This document shows, in pieces, positions 27,043 through 36,934 of a DNA stretch of 64,000 nucleotides. Below the pieces are notes generated by a model that had not been told where the DNA came from, searched no databases, and was given only the letters and a program-made list of their open reading frames with translations. The DNA is from Sedimentisphaerales bacterium. GTDB taxonomy: Bacteria > Planctomycetota > Phycisphaerae > Sedimentisphaerales > SM23-30. Made by a program: the position numbers and the translations under genes. The DNA lies in the NCBI GenBank assembly GCA_016928435.1, contig JAFGKT010000060.1, positions 20,870 to 84,869 on the forward strand, given 5' to 3'. Every line of letters starts with the position of its first letter. The stretch's first letter is position 1.

Positions 27043-29088
27043 TCAAATTTCAGCCACTAGATATATTTGCCACGTATCCAGTGTAGGAAGTTTATACTGC
27101 TTATAAGGCCCGGCGGATTGATTGGCCGTTATCCTCGTCTGGTTGCCGTCGATATCCGTGAATGTAATCTCTGTTCTCTCCGACAGCAGATTCAAAATTA
27201 CATTCTCCGCGGGATCGAGATAACAGTTTACCAGTGCCGTCGCCTGGGAGCCGTCCGCAAGTATTCGGTGCCAAAGATTGATTCTATGATAGGAGCTGAT
27301 ATACGCCTCAAGCGTGTCGCGGGAGAGCCAGCGGAAGATAGACTTCATCTGCGACGTCATACTGAGACTCTGAAGCTTCGACCACGGGAAATACCCGTTC
27401 ACGCAAACTCGGCCTTTGAGTTTGTTCTCGAATACGCCGGTTGTGCATGGAGCGACAGTGCAGTAGGTGTAGTCGATCAGCTTAGCAATCGACTCAGCAC
27501 CATCCTGGTTCGACTCAAGAGCATAAGCTGGCGTGTTCCAGAACGATTGTCGTCCGTCGCGGAATCGCCCTGCGAATTGACCATTGATCGGATGTTCAAG
27601 AAGTTGCTGAAGTGAATCGGCGTTGTGTTCCTCGGCAACGGTAAAACCTGTTAATTCGCCGTAACCCATCTCGTTTAGATTACGCAGGGCCTCAGCGTCC
27701 ATATAGACTCCCGATGATAGAATCTGACGTATGGTCTGGTCATCGAGAACAAAAACGCTGTCACCATTCAGGACCGTTACAGACGAATCCTCAAATCGGT
27801 AGGCAGGCGGCAGGCCGATGTGGAAAAGCTCTTCAGCATGACCGACGCCTGGTATCATTGAAGGATTTTGCAGCCAACCGGTCTTTCCAAGGTCCTTGGC
27901 AACAAAACTGTCCTGATTCCAGCCGGTGTATATCCCTGTGGGTCTGACGCGGCCAAAGGTCGATGCCAACCGGTCCAGAAAAGGCCGTATTTCCGCGAGA
28001 CGATCAACCAGTGAGGCGTACTCGTTGAGGGGTTCGTCATATTGAGAAAGAACGTTGTAAGCTGTGCCGGTGCACCCAGCGGCAATGTACATAGCGGATT
28101 CGAGCGAGGTGTAACGCATGCTCTTTGCGAGCCGTTCATAGCTGAAACTCTCAAGTTCCGACTGGATCGAAGTAACCCAATCCGGAAGCAGTGCTGCTTC
28201 CATACCAAGCTGATGTGCTTTCTCCACCGCTGCGTCAAGACGAATTTCTTCGTAGTTGCCTCCGCCCGGCCGCCACCTAACCGTGGCCTTATTTTTGCCC
28301 GCTAGAGCTTCAGCCCAATGGGTCATCGGGTAGCCTTCGTAAAACCTCGAACCGTCCATGAAACCGAGCGGCATATCAGGATTGATGCTGTGTACAACAT
28401 TTTCTATAAAGCTGAGAAATTCAGCAGTCGACTGACGATTGTGTTCCAGCCACTGCTTGCGTATTTGCAATGCCGCCTTTTTCTCTGGGTTTTCAAAAAC
28501 CTTTTGCAGTTCTTCGCGGGTGTAATTGGTTCCGGTTTCACTGGCGAAACGGTTCAGACAGTTCTGACAGAAACAGCTAAAAAGCACCGGCGCATGCCAG
28601 GCCAATCGAACATCGTCATCAACCCAAATATAATCAGGTTCAGCCTCGGTTAGCCAGGTATAGACCGGCTCCACGTAATCTCTGCGATAGTTCTGGTCCG
28701 CCATGCAAAATACACCAGGGCAAGTTCGGCCTTGAATGTCGGTCGCGTTCGTATAGGCACCGGAAAATGAATTCTCAATGTTTTCAGTGTGATGACCGGT
28801 AGTGCTGAGAATATTAATCCCCGAACTAAAACCAAGTTCACGAACCTGACGCATTCGCTTCTTAAGCAGTTCACTTCGCTCGCGGACTTCATCCAGTGGA
28901 AGCGGACTGTGCGTTTCGCTGGTAAAAAAAGTAATTTCGTCGGTGGCGGTTCGGCGCTCAGCGAAAAATTTCAGAAGCTGTTGGAAACGCGTATCCGAAA
29001 ACCATTGCCGAACACCAACTCGAAAACTGATATCGGCTTTCCATCCATTTAAGCTTGATGCTGATCCCATAGTTAAGCTTTCTTTCAT
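27043..29088 (-). CDS. hypothetical protein, distant GH42-like TIM-barrel glycosidase candidate
   Basis: 681 aa, no signal peptide. Cys pattern C-x44-C-x-C-x2-C ('FCMADQ...SCFCQNCLNRF') resembles the GH42 zinc cluster. Otherwise unrecognised. Confidence 0.45.
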   Translation of the reverse strand: MKESLTMGSASSLNGWKADISFRVGVRQWFSDTRFQQLLKFFAERRTATDEITFFTSETHSPLPLDEVRERSELLKKRMRQVRELGFSSGINILSTTGHHTENIENSFSGAYTNATDIQGRTCPGVFCMADQNYRRDYVEPVYTWLTEAEPDYIWVDDDVRLAWHAPVLFSCFCQNCLNRFASETGTNYTREELQKVFENPEKKAALQIRKQWLEHNRQSTAEFLSFIENVVHSINPDMPLGFMDGSRFYEGYPMTHWAEALAGKNKATVRWRPGGGNYEEIRLDAAVEKAHQLGMEAALLPDWVTSIQSELESFSYERLAKSMRYTSLESAMYIAAGCTGTAYNVLSQYDEPLNEYASLVDRLAEIRPFLDRLASTFGRVRPTGIYTGWNQDSFVAKDLGKTGWLQNPSMIPGVGHAEELFHIGLPPAYRFEDSSVTVLNGDSVFVLDDQTIRQILSSGVYMDAEALRNLNEMGYGELTGFTVAEEHNADSLQQLLEHPINGQFAGRFRDGRQSFWNTPAYALESNQDGAESIAKLIDYTYCTVAPCTTGVFENKLKGRVCVNGYFPWSKLQSLSMTSQMKSIFRWLSRDTLEAYISSYHRINLWHRILADGSQATALVNCYLDPAENVILNLLSERTEITFTDIDGNQTRITANQSAGPYKQYKLPTLDTWQIYLVAEI

Positions 29089-29515
29089 TTGCTAAAACTA
29101 CTAATGGTCAATTTCGCACTAACGGTAACTGTTCAAACAAACTTTAATTCCCGCTTGTCATCTAATCACATAGCGATGACGATCACACCTATCATCACAA
29201 TCCCTCTAGTCGGTCAGTTTGGGTTATAAACTCAAGAAGAACAAACCACAATCTTATTATTTGGTTACCCCAAAAAAGGCTGGGCTTCGTTTTCATAATG
29301 CTCAAACCCGCAGTAATCGAATCGTCAAGACTGAACGTTAAGCTGCTTATGAATCCTATCTGGATGAACCCCTCATTGCCCGCCCGTCATAAATTGATAT
29401 TCCGTATTCCCCCGGAAAGCCGCAAGTTCTATCGTGCCAACCACCAATTCCTGCCCCGCTCTTGACTACTCCTTGGCAATATTCTGTTCCTGCTCCGCTC
29501 AGTAAACCGTCGGTT

Positions 29516-29558
29516 AAAAAAGGGCCCAAGCAACAGCTTAAAACCGCCGCCTGGGCCC
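29516..29558 (-). terminator. terminator-like hairpin after the 915-aa gene
   Basis: Minus strand reads GGGCCCA-23 nt-TGGGCCC followed by TTTTTT, 30 nt after the stop at 29588. Confidence 0.5.
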
Positions 29559-29587
29559 ACATCTTTCAACAGCGTCTATAAAACGCC

Positions 29588-32335
29588 TTATTCATCAAAC
29601 GTGTATGCACCACGTTGGTAACCAGTCAGCGACAGCGTAATCTGGTCGTTAACCGTGTCCACGCTGATCGCTGGGCTATCCCACAATGCTGTGTTAGCTG
29701 AGATATCCAAAGGCCAGCTCAGCGTCACGCTTTGGCTGCTGCTCTCGGAGTTTACCACAACCAGAAGATGTTCCGGCGAGGCCGTCCGAGTAAACACCGC
29801 CGCGTACACGCCCGAACTCGGCGAAAGCACCGAAACCGTCACCGTATCATCCGAACCGATGATAAAGCTTTCGATGTCAGCAAACTCATCCGCCAACTCT
29901 TTCAGTGTCGTCCATTGCGGCTCTTGATATGTACCATTCAGCTTTTTGATGGTTTGGTACTCTGGTTCAAAATATTCGAGCGCGTGCCAGACAATCCCAT
30001 TGGCACCTGCCGCTAAGGCCACATACATTTCGCCCCGCAACTGTGCACTGGTTGGCCATGAATACTCATCCGCTTCATAAAACGCCTGTAGCAAGACCAA
30101 TACCGAACCATCATAGGTAATTTCTTCCACGGCGTCAATATCATCGGCTATCTTTGCCAGGGAAGAAGTCGAATCGCTGATGCAAAACGGCTCTATTGTC
30201 GACATATCGCCTATTTCCACGTATCCTTCGAAGGATGCCGGGTTTCTCATCACCACAAAGTTAGGTCGGTCCGAATCCAAATTCGACGCCACCCCCGAAC
30301 GAACCCTGAAGAAGTAATTGCTCACAGGGGTTGTCCAATAGCTCGGTTGTTGACCCATGTCGCGAATAATCAGTCCTGCGTTGACCGTGTCACCATTGAT
30401 CCGGGCCGGCAACATCGACGTGTCCCAGGGCATCTGATACGTAGTCCGCAGCCCAAAGCTCCAAGCCGAAAAATCCAAAATGTCAGTCGGATTCATCGTG
30501 AAGTTGAAACCATTTGTTGATACAGTGCTGAGCGAACCGTAAGTCACCTTATAGAACCCAAACGGGAAGAACGGACTGCCGTCAATCTCCAGGATGCTGT
30601 CATCATTAACCGTTACCGTAATCGGACTGGTGTTGGAACCGGCCGGCTCGAACGTCGCTACTTGCTCAGCAACCGTCGGCCCTTCCTCGAACACCGGCGT
30701 ATAACCTGCGCCCTCACACCAGGCCAACAAATTCTCAAACATGTACTTGTCCAAAGCGTAACCTTTGAAGTATGTTGTCACGATAATCCGCCCGTCGCCC
30801 ATCGTATCGGTCCAGATCGTCGTATTGTCATTACGGTTCGTCGCCAGCACCGTGCCGCCGCTAACCGTTATACCGCCGTTGGCAAAATCCGGTGCAGCCG
30901 GTTCCGGTATCCGTGCGGTATAATAAGCTACCACTTCCGGTCCGTCCGGCAGACTGTGCAAACTCATCAAGCACGGATCGGTCCAATCCGGCAGACCCGA
31001 CAAGCGGTCATTAACCGTCAAATCCCACGACGCGTTAACGCTCGTCAACCAATCCACCGATGCGTAATTCGAACGCACGCCTTCCATTATCACCAATCCA
31101 CCCTCGCTGATAAAATCTGCCAACTCATCCCCAAGGTCCGACCAATTAACCAGCTCCGCATTTGGATCAGCTTCGTACAGAGCCGTGAACAACACCAAGT
31201 CATACTGACCCAAACTATCAGCCCAGTCGGCCATGTTCTTGCTCGCCAGCTTGGTTACTTCATAACCTAAATACTGCAAATTATTATCCCACATCGCACC
31301 CGGCTCATAATCCGCATATTCCCCCGTAACGATGTATTCGCTGCCGATCACCGCGGCCTTCTTCACATAAGTACCACAATCAGCGTCCGTCGGATCGGCA
31401 CAACGCAGCCAATCATTCGCCAATATCGCAAAGTCCGGCAGATTCACAACATCATCGGGGGCAATGTCACTCCGCATATCGCTGCCGGTGTCCAACCAGT
31501 CCGAACCCATCGTATACAAATCTACTTCGTTGACGTAACAATCTTCTGACAAATCCCCCGCCAGGTTCAGCCCCAACACTGCCACCGTCTCACAGTCTTC
31601 CAACGTCTGGAATCTCGGCTCATCACCAATATAAATGCTGTCTATGAACCAATCGCCGTCTGTGTTATAAGGCGTACCATAAAAACTTCTGTGCCCCGAC
31701 GAAAAAACGATCGTCCCCAGACCGTTGTAGTGATGTATACTCTCAGACGAAGCGGTACCCGCATAGTTGCCGTTCACATAAACATCAAACCTGCCGGAAA
31801 AATAGAAACCGCCCGACTGGTGGTAAAACGCGATCGTATGCCATTGATGGTTTGTCCATGGCCCCATGTCCGCATCAACATCATTGTCACGAACCATAAT
31901 CCGCTTGGTTTCGTTGTTCAGCCACATGCTTATCCCAGTCATATCGCCAGGACCGCCTCGTGTCGTACCAATCCAGCAGCTATAGTTTGGATCATCCGAA
32001 TCCGGCAGATTCGGTTTAAACGCAAACGCGAACCATTGCGCCCGCGTAACTTCACCCAAGTCCAACCAGTTCGTGTGGTACCCTGTCAAATACAACGATT
32101 GATCGCTCAAGAAACCAGCCGTGTCAACCACATCCCCACTCCCATCAGTGCTGCCGGGTAGAAACCCAGCCGACCATGCCGGCGTACCTTGCCCTGCAAG
32201 CCAACAAGGATCCACCGTAAAAGACAACCCTTGTTCGCCTTGCTCAAAATCGCAGCTATAAACCGTCTCGCCCAACACCCAACTGCTGCAAAGCAAGCTC
32301 AACGCCACTACCATGAGTAATCTAAGTTTCATCAT
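29588..32335 (-). CDS. secreted multidomain protein: LamG-like + dockerin-like + GATase1-like + TIM-barrel-like module
   Basis: Signal peptide 'MMKLRLLMVVALSLLCSSWVLG'. Concanavalin/LamG-like N-terminal region. Asp-rich 'NEVDLYTMGSDWL...DDVVNLPDFAILANDWL'. The C-terminal half resembles a glycosidase barrel. Function unassigned. Confidence 0.55.
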   Translation of the reverse strand: MMKLRLLMVVALSLLCSSWVLGETVYSCDFEQGEQGLSFTVDPCWLAGQGTPAWSAGFLPGSTDGSGDVVDTAGFLSDQSLYLTGYHTNWLDLGEVTRAQWFAFAFKPNLPDSDDPNYSCWIGTTRGGPGDMTGISMWLNNETKRIMVRDNDVDADMGPWTNHQWHTIAFYHQSGGFYFSGRFDVYVNGNYAGTASSESIHHYNGLGTIVFSSGHRSFYGTPYNTDGDWFIDSIYIGDEPRFQTLEDCETVAVLGLNLAGDLSEDCYVNEVDLYTMGSDWLDTGSDMRSDIAPDDVVNLPDFAILANDWLRCADPTDADCGTYVKKAAVIGSEYIVTGEYADYEPGAMWDNNLQYLGYEVTKLASKNMADWADSLGQYDLVLFTALYEADPNAELVNWSDLGDELADFISEGGLVIMEGVRSNYASVDWLTSVNASWDLTVNDRLSGLPDWTDPCLMSLHSLPDGPEVVAYYTARIPEPAAPDFANGGITVSGGTVLATNRNDNTTIWTDTMGDGRIIVTTYFKGYALDKYMFENLLAWCEGAGYTPVFEEGPTVAEQVATFEPAGSNTSPITVTVNDDSILEIDGSPFFPFGFYKVTYGSLSTVSTNGFNFTMNPTDILDFSAWSFGLRTTYQMPWDTSMLPARINGDTVNAGLIIRDMGQQPSYWTTPVSNYFFRVRSGVASNLDSDRPNFVVMRNPASFEGYVEIGDMSTIEPFCISDSTSSLAKIADDIDAVEEITYDGSVLVLLQAFYEADEYSWPTSAQLRGEMYVALAAGANGIVWHALEYFEPEYQTIKKLNGTYQEPQWTTLKELADEFADIESFIIGSDDTVTVSVLSPSSGVYAAVFTRTASPEHLLVVVNSESSSQSVTLSWPLDISANTALWDSPAISVDTVNDQITLSLTGYQRGAYTFDE

Positions 32336-32964
32336 ATTCTCCTATTGTATCAAAAATCATTCTGTCCCGACCATCGGGCTGATAATCCATAACTCCAATA
32401 TCGGCTCTATTATAATGGCACGCATTTCGCGACCACTAAACTCACATTACATCGTCTGAATGCAAAATTCCGGCAGGGGGCGATGAATCCCCTGCCGAAC
32501 TCAAATTGCTGCGGTTGCCTACTTACTTCTTGCGATGAATAATACCCAAGCGAGGGCCGGCAGGCTCATGGTCATAGGTTCCGACACCAAAGTGAAGATC
32601 TAAATGTTGTTGGACGAGCTTGATTCATAAATTCATATACCTATTCACTTCAACTTGTGCCTTAAGATTGACACTGTTGTCTCAGCAGCCATCCCCACAA
32701 ACCACTTTAGAGCTTGAAATGTGGACACAGACCCGATAAAATGGAGAATTCTTCGACAATTACCAACACTGTCAAAAACATTTAGACATGAACAACCACG
32801 GTTTAAGGCCTATAACTTGCCTTATTCCGTAACCTGGTGCGCCGGCTCTACTGACCAAAGTGATACGCCGGCCACCTCTTTTTTTGCTCCTGCCTTCTTC
32901 AACCACCTTCTTGTACGCCAAAAACCATCCGACTCGGCCAAAACTACTTCACACTTGGCCCAAC

Positions 32965-34065
32965 TTAACTTTGTTTCTTCAACACCTCTTCGGCTACTTC
33001 CCGAATTCCTTCATCTTCTTCCACATAAGCATCCCCCAATGTCGAACGCCGTTCGATCAACGGACCCTTTATCCGAATATGTTCAGGATCGATCTTCGTT
33101 CCATCTTTCGTGTCCAAATAACGCATAACCAGTTTCGCGGCTTGCCGTCCCACTTCTTCTCGGCATTCATCAACTGTAGTCAGCGAAAAGAATGGATTGT
33201 CTGTAAATCCCATATTGCCAATGCTCGCTACCGCTAATTCCTTCGGCACCCGAACCTTCAACTTGCCCAATTCCGTCAATGTCTGCAAACCCAAAGCATC
33301 CGAAATTGTCACTAAAGCTGTCGGCCGATTCTTCCGCGTCATAAATTCCCGCACACTTTGTGCCACCGACGAAACATCCGCTAGCATCGTCCGAACTATG
33401 CTGCCGTCATGATAAGGCAAATCCAACTGTTGCAGTGAACGCTTGAAGGCCTCCTCTCGACCTAAAAGCGTCTCCGCCTCATATTGAACCGTCATGAAAG
33501 CAATATTGCGATGCCCCAGCTTGTGCAAGTGGTAAACACACTTTTCCACCGAATCCACCGGATCCAACGCCACCGACGAAGCCCCTTCAACCTTCATCAG
33601 ATAATCACACATGAATACCACCGGGCAACCTTCCGCCAACACCTCCTTGTAAGCCTCCGCACTCAAAGCGTACGGCAAGGCAATCAAAGCCTCAACCCGC
33701 TTCTCCAACATCATTTCCAATTCACGCCGCTCTTTGTCTCGGTCCCAATAATACACTGCCAACAGTGAATCGTAGCCGTGTATATCCAGAACCTGCTGGA
33801 TCCCTTTCGTAACTTCATGTGCCGAAGAACCCGTCAAGTCCGGATACATCACACCCACCAGATGCGTTTTGCGATTGACCAGTGATTTGGCCCAATAGTT
33901 CGAGCGATACCCCAACTGCTGCGCTGTCTTCAGCACTCGCGCAGCAGTCTCCGGAGCAATCTTGACTTCCCGGTGTTTACGATTCAATACAAACGAAACC
34001 GTAGTCTTCGAGAGCCCAACTTCCTTGGCGATATCAGCTATTCCAACCTTCTTGGCCAAAATCAA
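32965..34065 (-). CDS. LacI-family transcriptional regulator (LacI-1)
   Basis: HTH 'IADIAKEVGLSKTTVSFVLN' plus a periplasmic-binding-fold core. The likely true start is the TTG at 34059 (GAGGAA 6 nt upstream). Confidence 0.9.
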   Translation of the reverse strand: MILAKKVGIADIAKEVGLSKTTVSFVLNRKHREVKIAPETAARVLKTAQQLGYRSNYWAKSLVNRKTHLVGVMYPDLTGSSAHEVTKGIQQVLDIHGYDSLLAVYYWDRDKERRELEMMLEKRVEALIALPYALSAEAYKEVLAEGCPVVFMCDYLMKVEGASSVALDPVDSVEKCVYHLHKLGHRNIAFMTVQYEAETLLGREEAFKRSLQQLDLPYHDGSIVRTMLADVSSVAQSVREFMTRKNRPTALVTISDALGLQTLTELGKLKVRVPKELAVASIGNMGFTDNPFFSLTTVDECREEVGRQAAKLVMRYLDTKDGTKIDPEHIRIKGPLIERRSTLGDAYVEEDEGIREVAEEVLKKQS

Positions 34066-34107
34066 TTCCTCTTATTCAGACTAAAACTATTTATTCCCAA
34101 TAGTTAT

Positions 34108-34136
34108 ATAATATCAGACTAAAACGTTATAGTCAA
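34108..34136 (-). promoter_or_regulatory. LacI-1 promoter with overlapping palindromic operator S1
   Basis: Minus strand: TTGACT (34136-34131), 17 nt, TATTAT (34113-34108). The 16-bp operator ACTATAACGTTTTAGT (34118-34133) covers the -35 box and spacer. Confidence 0.55.
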
Positions 34137-34173
34137 GCAAATTCCGCCCAACTAATCACTTAAATAACAATTC

Positions 34174-35700
34174 TTACTCAGTTCGTTCCGTCGGATGCGA
34201 ATCAAATACGTCCACATAATCTTGAGCTGTCACTCCGTATTCCGCCAAAGCCTCCGCATCCAATGTTTCCCGCGGATCACCACCGGAAGGCAGCCCCTCC
34301 GTATAGATCCAATAGCCGTCCGCCGTCTCCCGCGCCCAATCTAGCTGCTCATCAAGATAACGCGGCAGATAATTCGCCAAGCGTGTTCGGCAATTCCAAG
34401 GATGAAAGCCCGGTAACACCCGATACAAAAACGGATACGCTTCATAGGTCAGGTTCACATAGAAGTCCGGCATATGAAGGTAGTATTGATTCAAATGGAT
34501 CAGCCCTTCTACACTCGAGGGCATTTCACTGTTGCCCGCACCATATGTCTTCTCCAGTGCCATCGAAACCCGAATCCCGGCGTCACTAATACCTTTGAGA
34601 AACCAATAATTGCCCTGCTGATAATCTTCAGGCGTCTCCTGCGTCACATATTCCGCACCACCGACCAACTGATAGTTGCCAAATAACCGACCTTCCCACA
34701 TTTGGATCACTTCACAATCCCAAACCTCCTTCAACACTGTGCCATATTGCAGTCCGCGTTGGTAGTACAGTCCGTCTGGCCCCCAATGCTGGGTGTAGCG
34801 CCAAGCCATTTCATTGGCATAAGTCTCGCCATCCCAAACGAGGCCGGTGAACCCTAAATCCCGTGCGCGAGCATAAACCTGTCGCGCCTGCATAAAACAA
34901 CGCTGCCAGACCTGGTCGTTTTCCAGCATCTCAGGACTATCAACCAAGCAGGTGAAGAACTCATGTTCGCCAAGCCAATATCGTATCCCGTGCTGGGCAA
35001 ATTGCTCAAATGCGCCGGTCTCTACACAAGAATCCAAGCCGACACTGTAGTTCGTCTGCGGCCAAGCTGTCTCAACATAATCCAACCAGATATCCGTTAC
35101 GCCCAATTCATCGCTCAGATAGTCAATCTTGTCTAAATAGTCCCCTTGAATATTCAGCGTCCAGCCACACAAATGACGCTCCGGCAAATTTTCCCGACCT
35201 AATACCTCAATCTCCGCCAAACCCGTCCCCATCAACTTTACCGTCACATAACGCCCCACCGCCGGGGCCACAACTATCTCAGTCCGCGCACCCGGCGACG
35301 TCACCAAATTCACCTGCCGATACAGCAATTCCCGGTCCAGTTCTCCACCATTGCCTACATGCACTTCCAACGCCCAAAGACTGCGATTCGATCCGGTCCC
35401 ATTCGTTAGCACCAACCCCTCGACCCGGCAAGGCTTGCCCAAGTCCAATACCACTTCCGCGCCGTGATCGAAATCCGTCCATTCCCAATTCGTACCTGCA
35501 TCCCCGTCAACCACGTTCACCGCCGGGCTCGTAATCTCCCCCTGCATCGCCCGTGCCGACGACACCGTAACGCCTTCTAGAACGACCGCTTCCTGGCCAA
35601 GACACCCCGCGGAAAACCACCCAACCAGGATGACCGACAATAACAACAAAATCCGTCTTGCAATCACTAAATTACTCTCCATGGTGGCTCGTATTCGCAC
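34174..35700 (-). CDS. lipoprotein with discoidin-like domain and uncharacterised C-terminal domain (paralogue B)
   Basis: Lipobox 'FSAGC'. Roughly two-thirds identical by eye to ORF 22178..23677 over the whole length. Starts 14 nt after the DUF1559 gene stop (GTG at 35700 or ATG at 35682). Confidence 0.7.
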   Translation of the reverse strand: MRIRATMESNLVIARRILLLLSVILVGWFSAGCLGQEAVVLEGVTVSSARAMQGEITSPAVNVVDGDAGTNWEWTDFDHGAEVVLDLGKPCRVEGLVLTNGTGSNRSLWALEVHVGNGGELDRELLYRQVNLVTSPGARTEIVVAPAVGRYVTVKLMGTGLAEIEVLGRENLPERHLCGWTLNIQGDYLDKIDYLSDELGVTDIWLDYVETAWPQTNYSVGLDSCVETGAFEQFAQHGIRYWLGEHEFFTCLVDSPEMLENDQVWQRCFMQARQVYARARDLGFTGLVWDGETYANEMAWRYTQHWGPDGLYYQRGLQYGTVLKEVWDCEVIQMWEGRLFGNYQLVGGAEYVTQETPEDYQQGNYWFLKGISDAGIRVSMALEKTYGAGNSEMPSSVEGLIHLNQYYLHMPDFYVNLTYEAYPFLYRVLPGFHPWNCRTRLANYLPRYLDEQLDWARETADGYWIYTEGLPSGGDPRETLDAEALAEYGVTAQDYVDVFDSHPTERTE

Positions 35701-35714
35701 CCAACACCTATTCT

Positions 35715-36440
35715 TTAGTCAACCGCCGGATTCCAATTTCTCGCATACGGAGAATCGGTCGTCATAGGACGCTTGCCGTAGTCCTCCCGGGTACTATGTC
35801 CGTCCAGCCATAACACATTGAATGCCCCAGCACCATATGTCTGCTGCACTTCAGTAGTGAACCATCCCCCACCGCCTCGGGGGTCGGGCTTTCGGCTCGA
35901 ATGACGATACCAGTCAATATGGTCCGGAAAGAGGAAAACCATAGTATACGGATACACACACTGCGAATCAGCAATGGTAATCCGCTCCGACGGGGAACTA
36001 ATGGTTGTGATGCGATAAGCTTGGGGGTACCACTCGTTCGCCCCATAGAGATAATTATACGCGTAACCCGCCGAAATCGCGTCATCCGGCACCTCTTTAA
36101 TCGACGGACAAGTCAATATTTCGGCAACTTCCCCTTCTTGACCTCCCCCTGAATTCAGCTTGAAGCAATCATCAATAAACGATGGCCAACCCGGAGGCTG
36201 GTTGAGTCCCGGCATAATCCAGTCATCATTGTTCATTTGGTACATTTGACAGTAAACCCCCAGTTGCCGCAAATTGGTGTTGCAGACCACACCCCGCGCC
36301 TGCTCCCGAGCCTTGCCCAACGCCGGCAACAATATCGATACCAACAACGCAATGATCGAAACCACCACCAGCAACTCGATCAATGTGAAACCGCCCCTCA
36401 GTTGCCCGCTGAACCGTCCATTATTCCGCGAATGCAGCAT
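35715..36440 (-). CDS. prepilin-type N-terminal cleavage/methylation domain protein (DUF1559 / H-X9-DG type)
   Basis: '[33 protein letters not shown]' is the canonical type IV pilin-like N-terminus of this Planctomycetota-expanded family. Confidence 0.85.
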   Translation of the reverse strand: MLHSRNNGRFSGQLRGGFTLIELLVVVSIIALLVSILLPALGKAREQARGVVCNTNLRQLGVYCQMYQMNNDDWIMPGLNQPPGWPSFIDDCFKLNSGGGQEGEVAEILTCPSIKEVPDDAISAGYAYNYLYGANEWYPQAYRITTISSPSERITIADSQCVYPYTMVFLFPDHIDWYRHSSRKPDPRGGGGWFTTEVQQTYGAGAFNVLWLDGHSTREDYGKRPMTTDSPYARNWNPAVD

Positions 36441-36521
36441 TTCAGCACCTACCTTCTAAATGTAAGAAAAACACCCGCCGGTAACTCTCCCGGATTTGAC
36501 AACTGAACAAAAGTCAAACCA

Positions 36522-36537
36522 ACTAGAACGTTTTAGT
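36522..36537 (-). promoter_or_regulatory. LacI-type operator S2
   Basis: ACTAGAACGTTTTAGT, a near-palindrome with central CG, inside the predicted leader of the DUF1559 operon. Confidence 0.5.
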
Positions 36538-36587
36538 TTTCCCGGCTAAAAAAAGCAGCCCAAGCTGCCCTTAAACTACCTATCGAC

Positions 36588-36617
36588 ATAATAATCAAAC
36601 TATAACGGTTTAGTCAA
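36588..36617 (-). promoter_or_regulatory. promoter of the DUF1559/paralogue-B operon with overlapping operator S3
   Basis: Minus strand: TTGACT (36617-36612), 18 nt, TATTAT (36593-36588). Operator ACTAAACCGTTATAGT (36599-36614). Same architecture as the LacI-1 promoter. Confidence 0.55.
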
Positions 36618-36934
36618 GTAAAAAACCGTCAATTTTCTCCCAGTTCCCTGCTCCTGCCAAAAACATCGTCAAATCACATAATAATCCGTGCTAAAGCTCC
36701 ACTTTACCACCCCCCAATCCCTAATTATCCGACCGTCTTTTGCCTAGTTGCGGGTTTAATCCCTATAACAACCTATATACCCAGCGTTATACCTCCATAT
36801 ATCCGTCAGCCAATAGTCTTGAGAGACTGGTGATGTCGATATTTGCTAGGGTTTTTGCCTATTTGTTATAGCTGTGTCTAGCCAAAAACAGCGGTTGGCT
36901 GCCCCGATGCGACCGGGACAGCTTCCGCGTCCTT

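Noticed and set aside
29356-29562. A 68-aa minus-strand ORF between the 915-aa and 681-aa genes.
   Set aside because: It overlaps the terminator-like hairpin, has no SD, and its Gly/Cys-rich translation is not protein-like.
32519-32590. A PEP-CTERM-like tail ('LVSEPMTMSLPALAWVLFIARSK*') lies on the minus strand of the 630-bp spacer.
   Set aside because: Only ~23 codons are open, preceded by an in-frame stop, with no ATG or SD. At best it is the fossil C-terminus of a lost PEP-CTERM protein, and it is too short to distinguish from chance.
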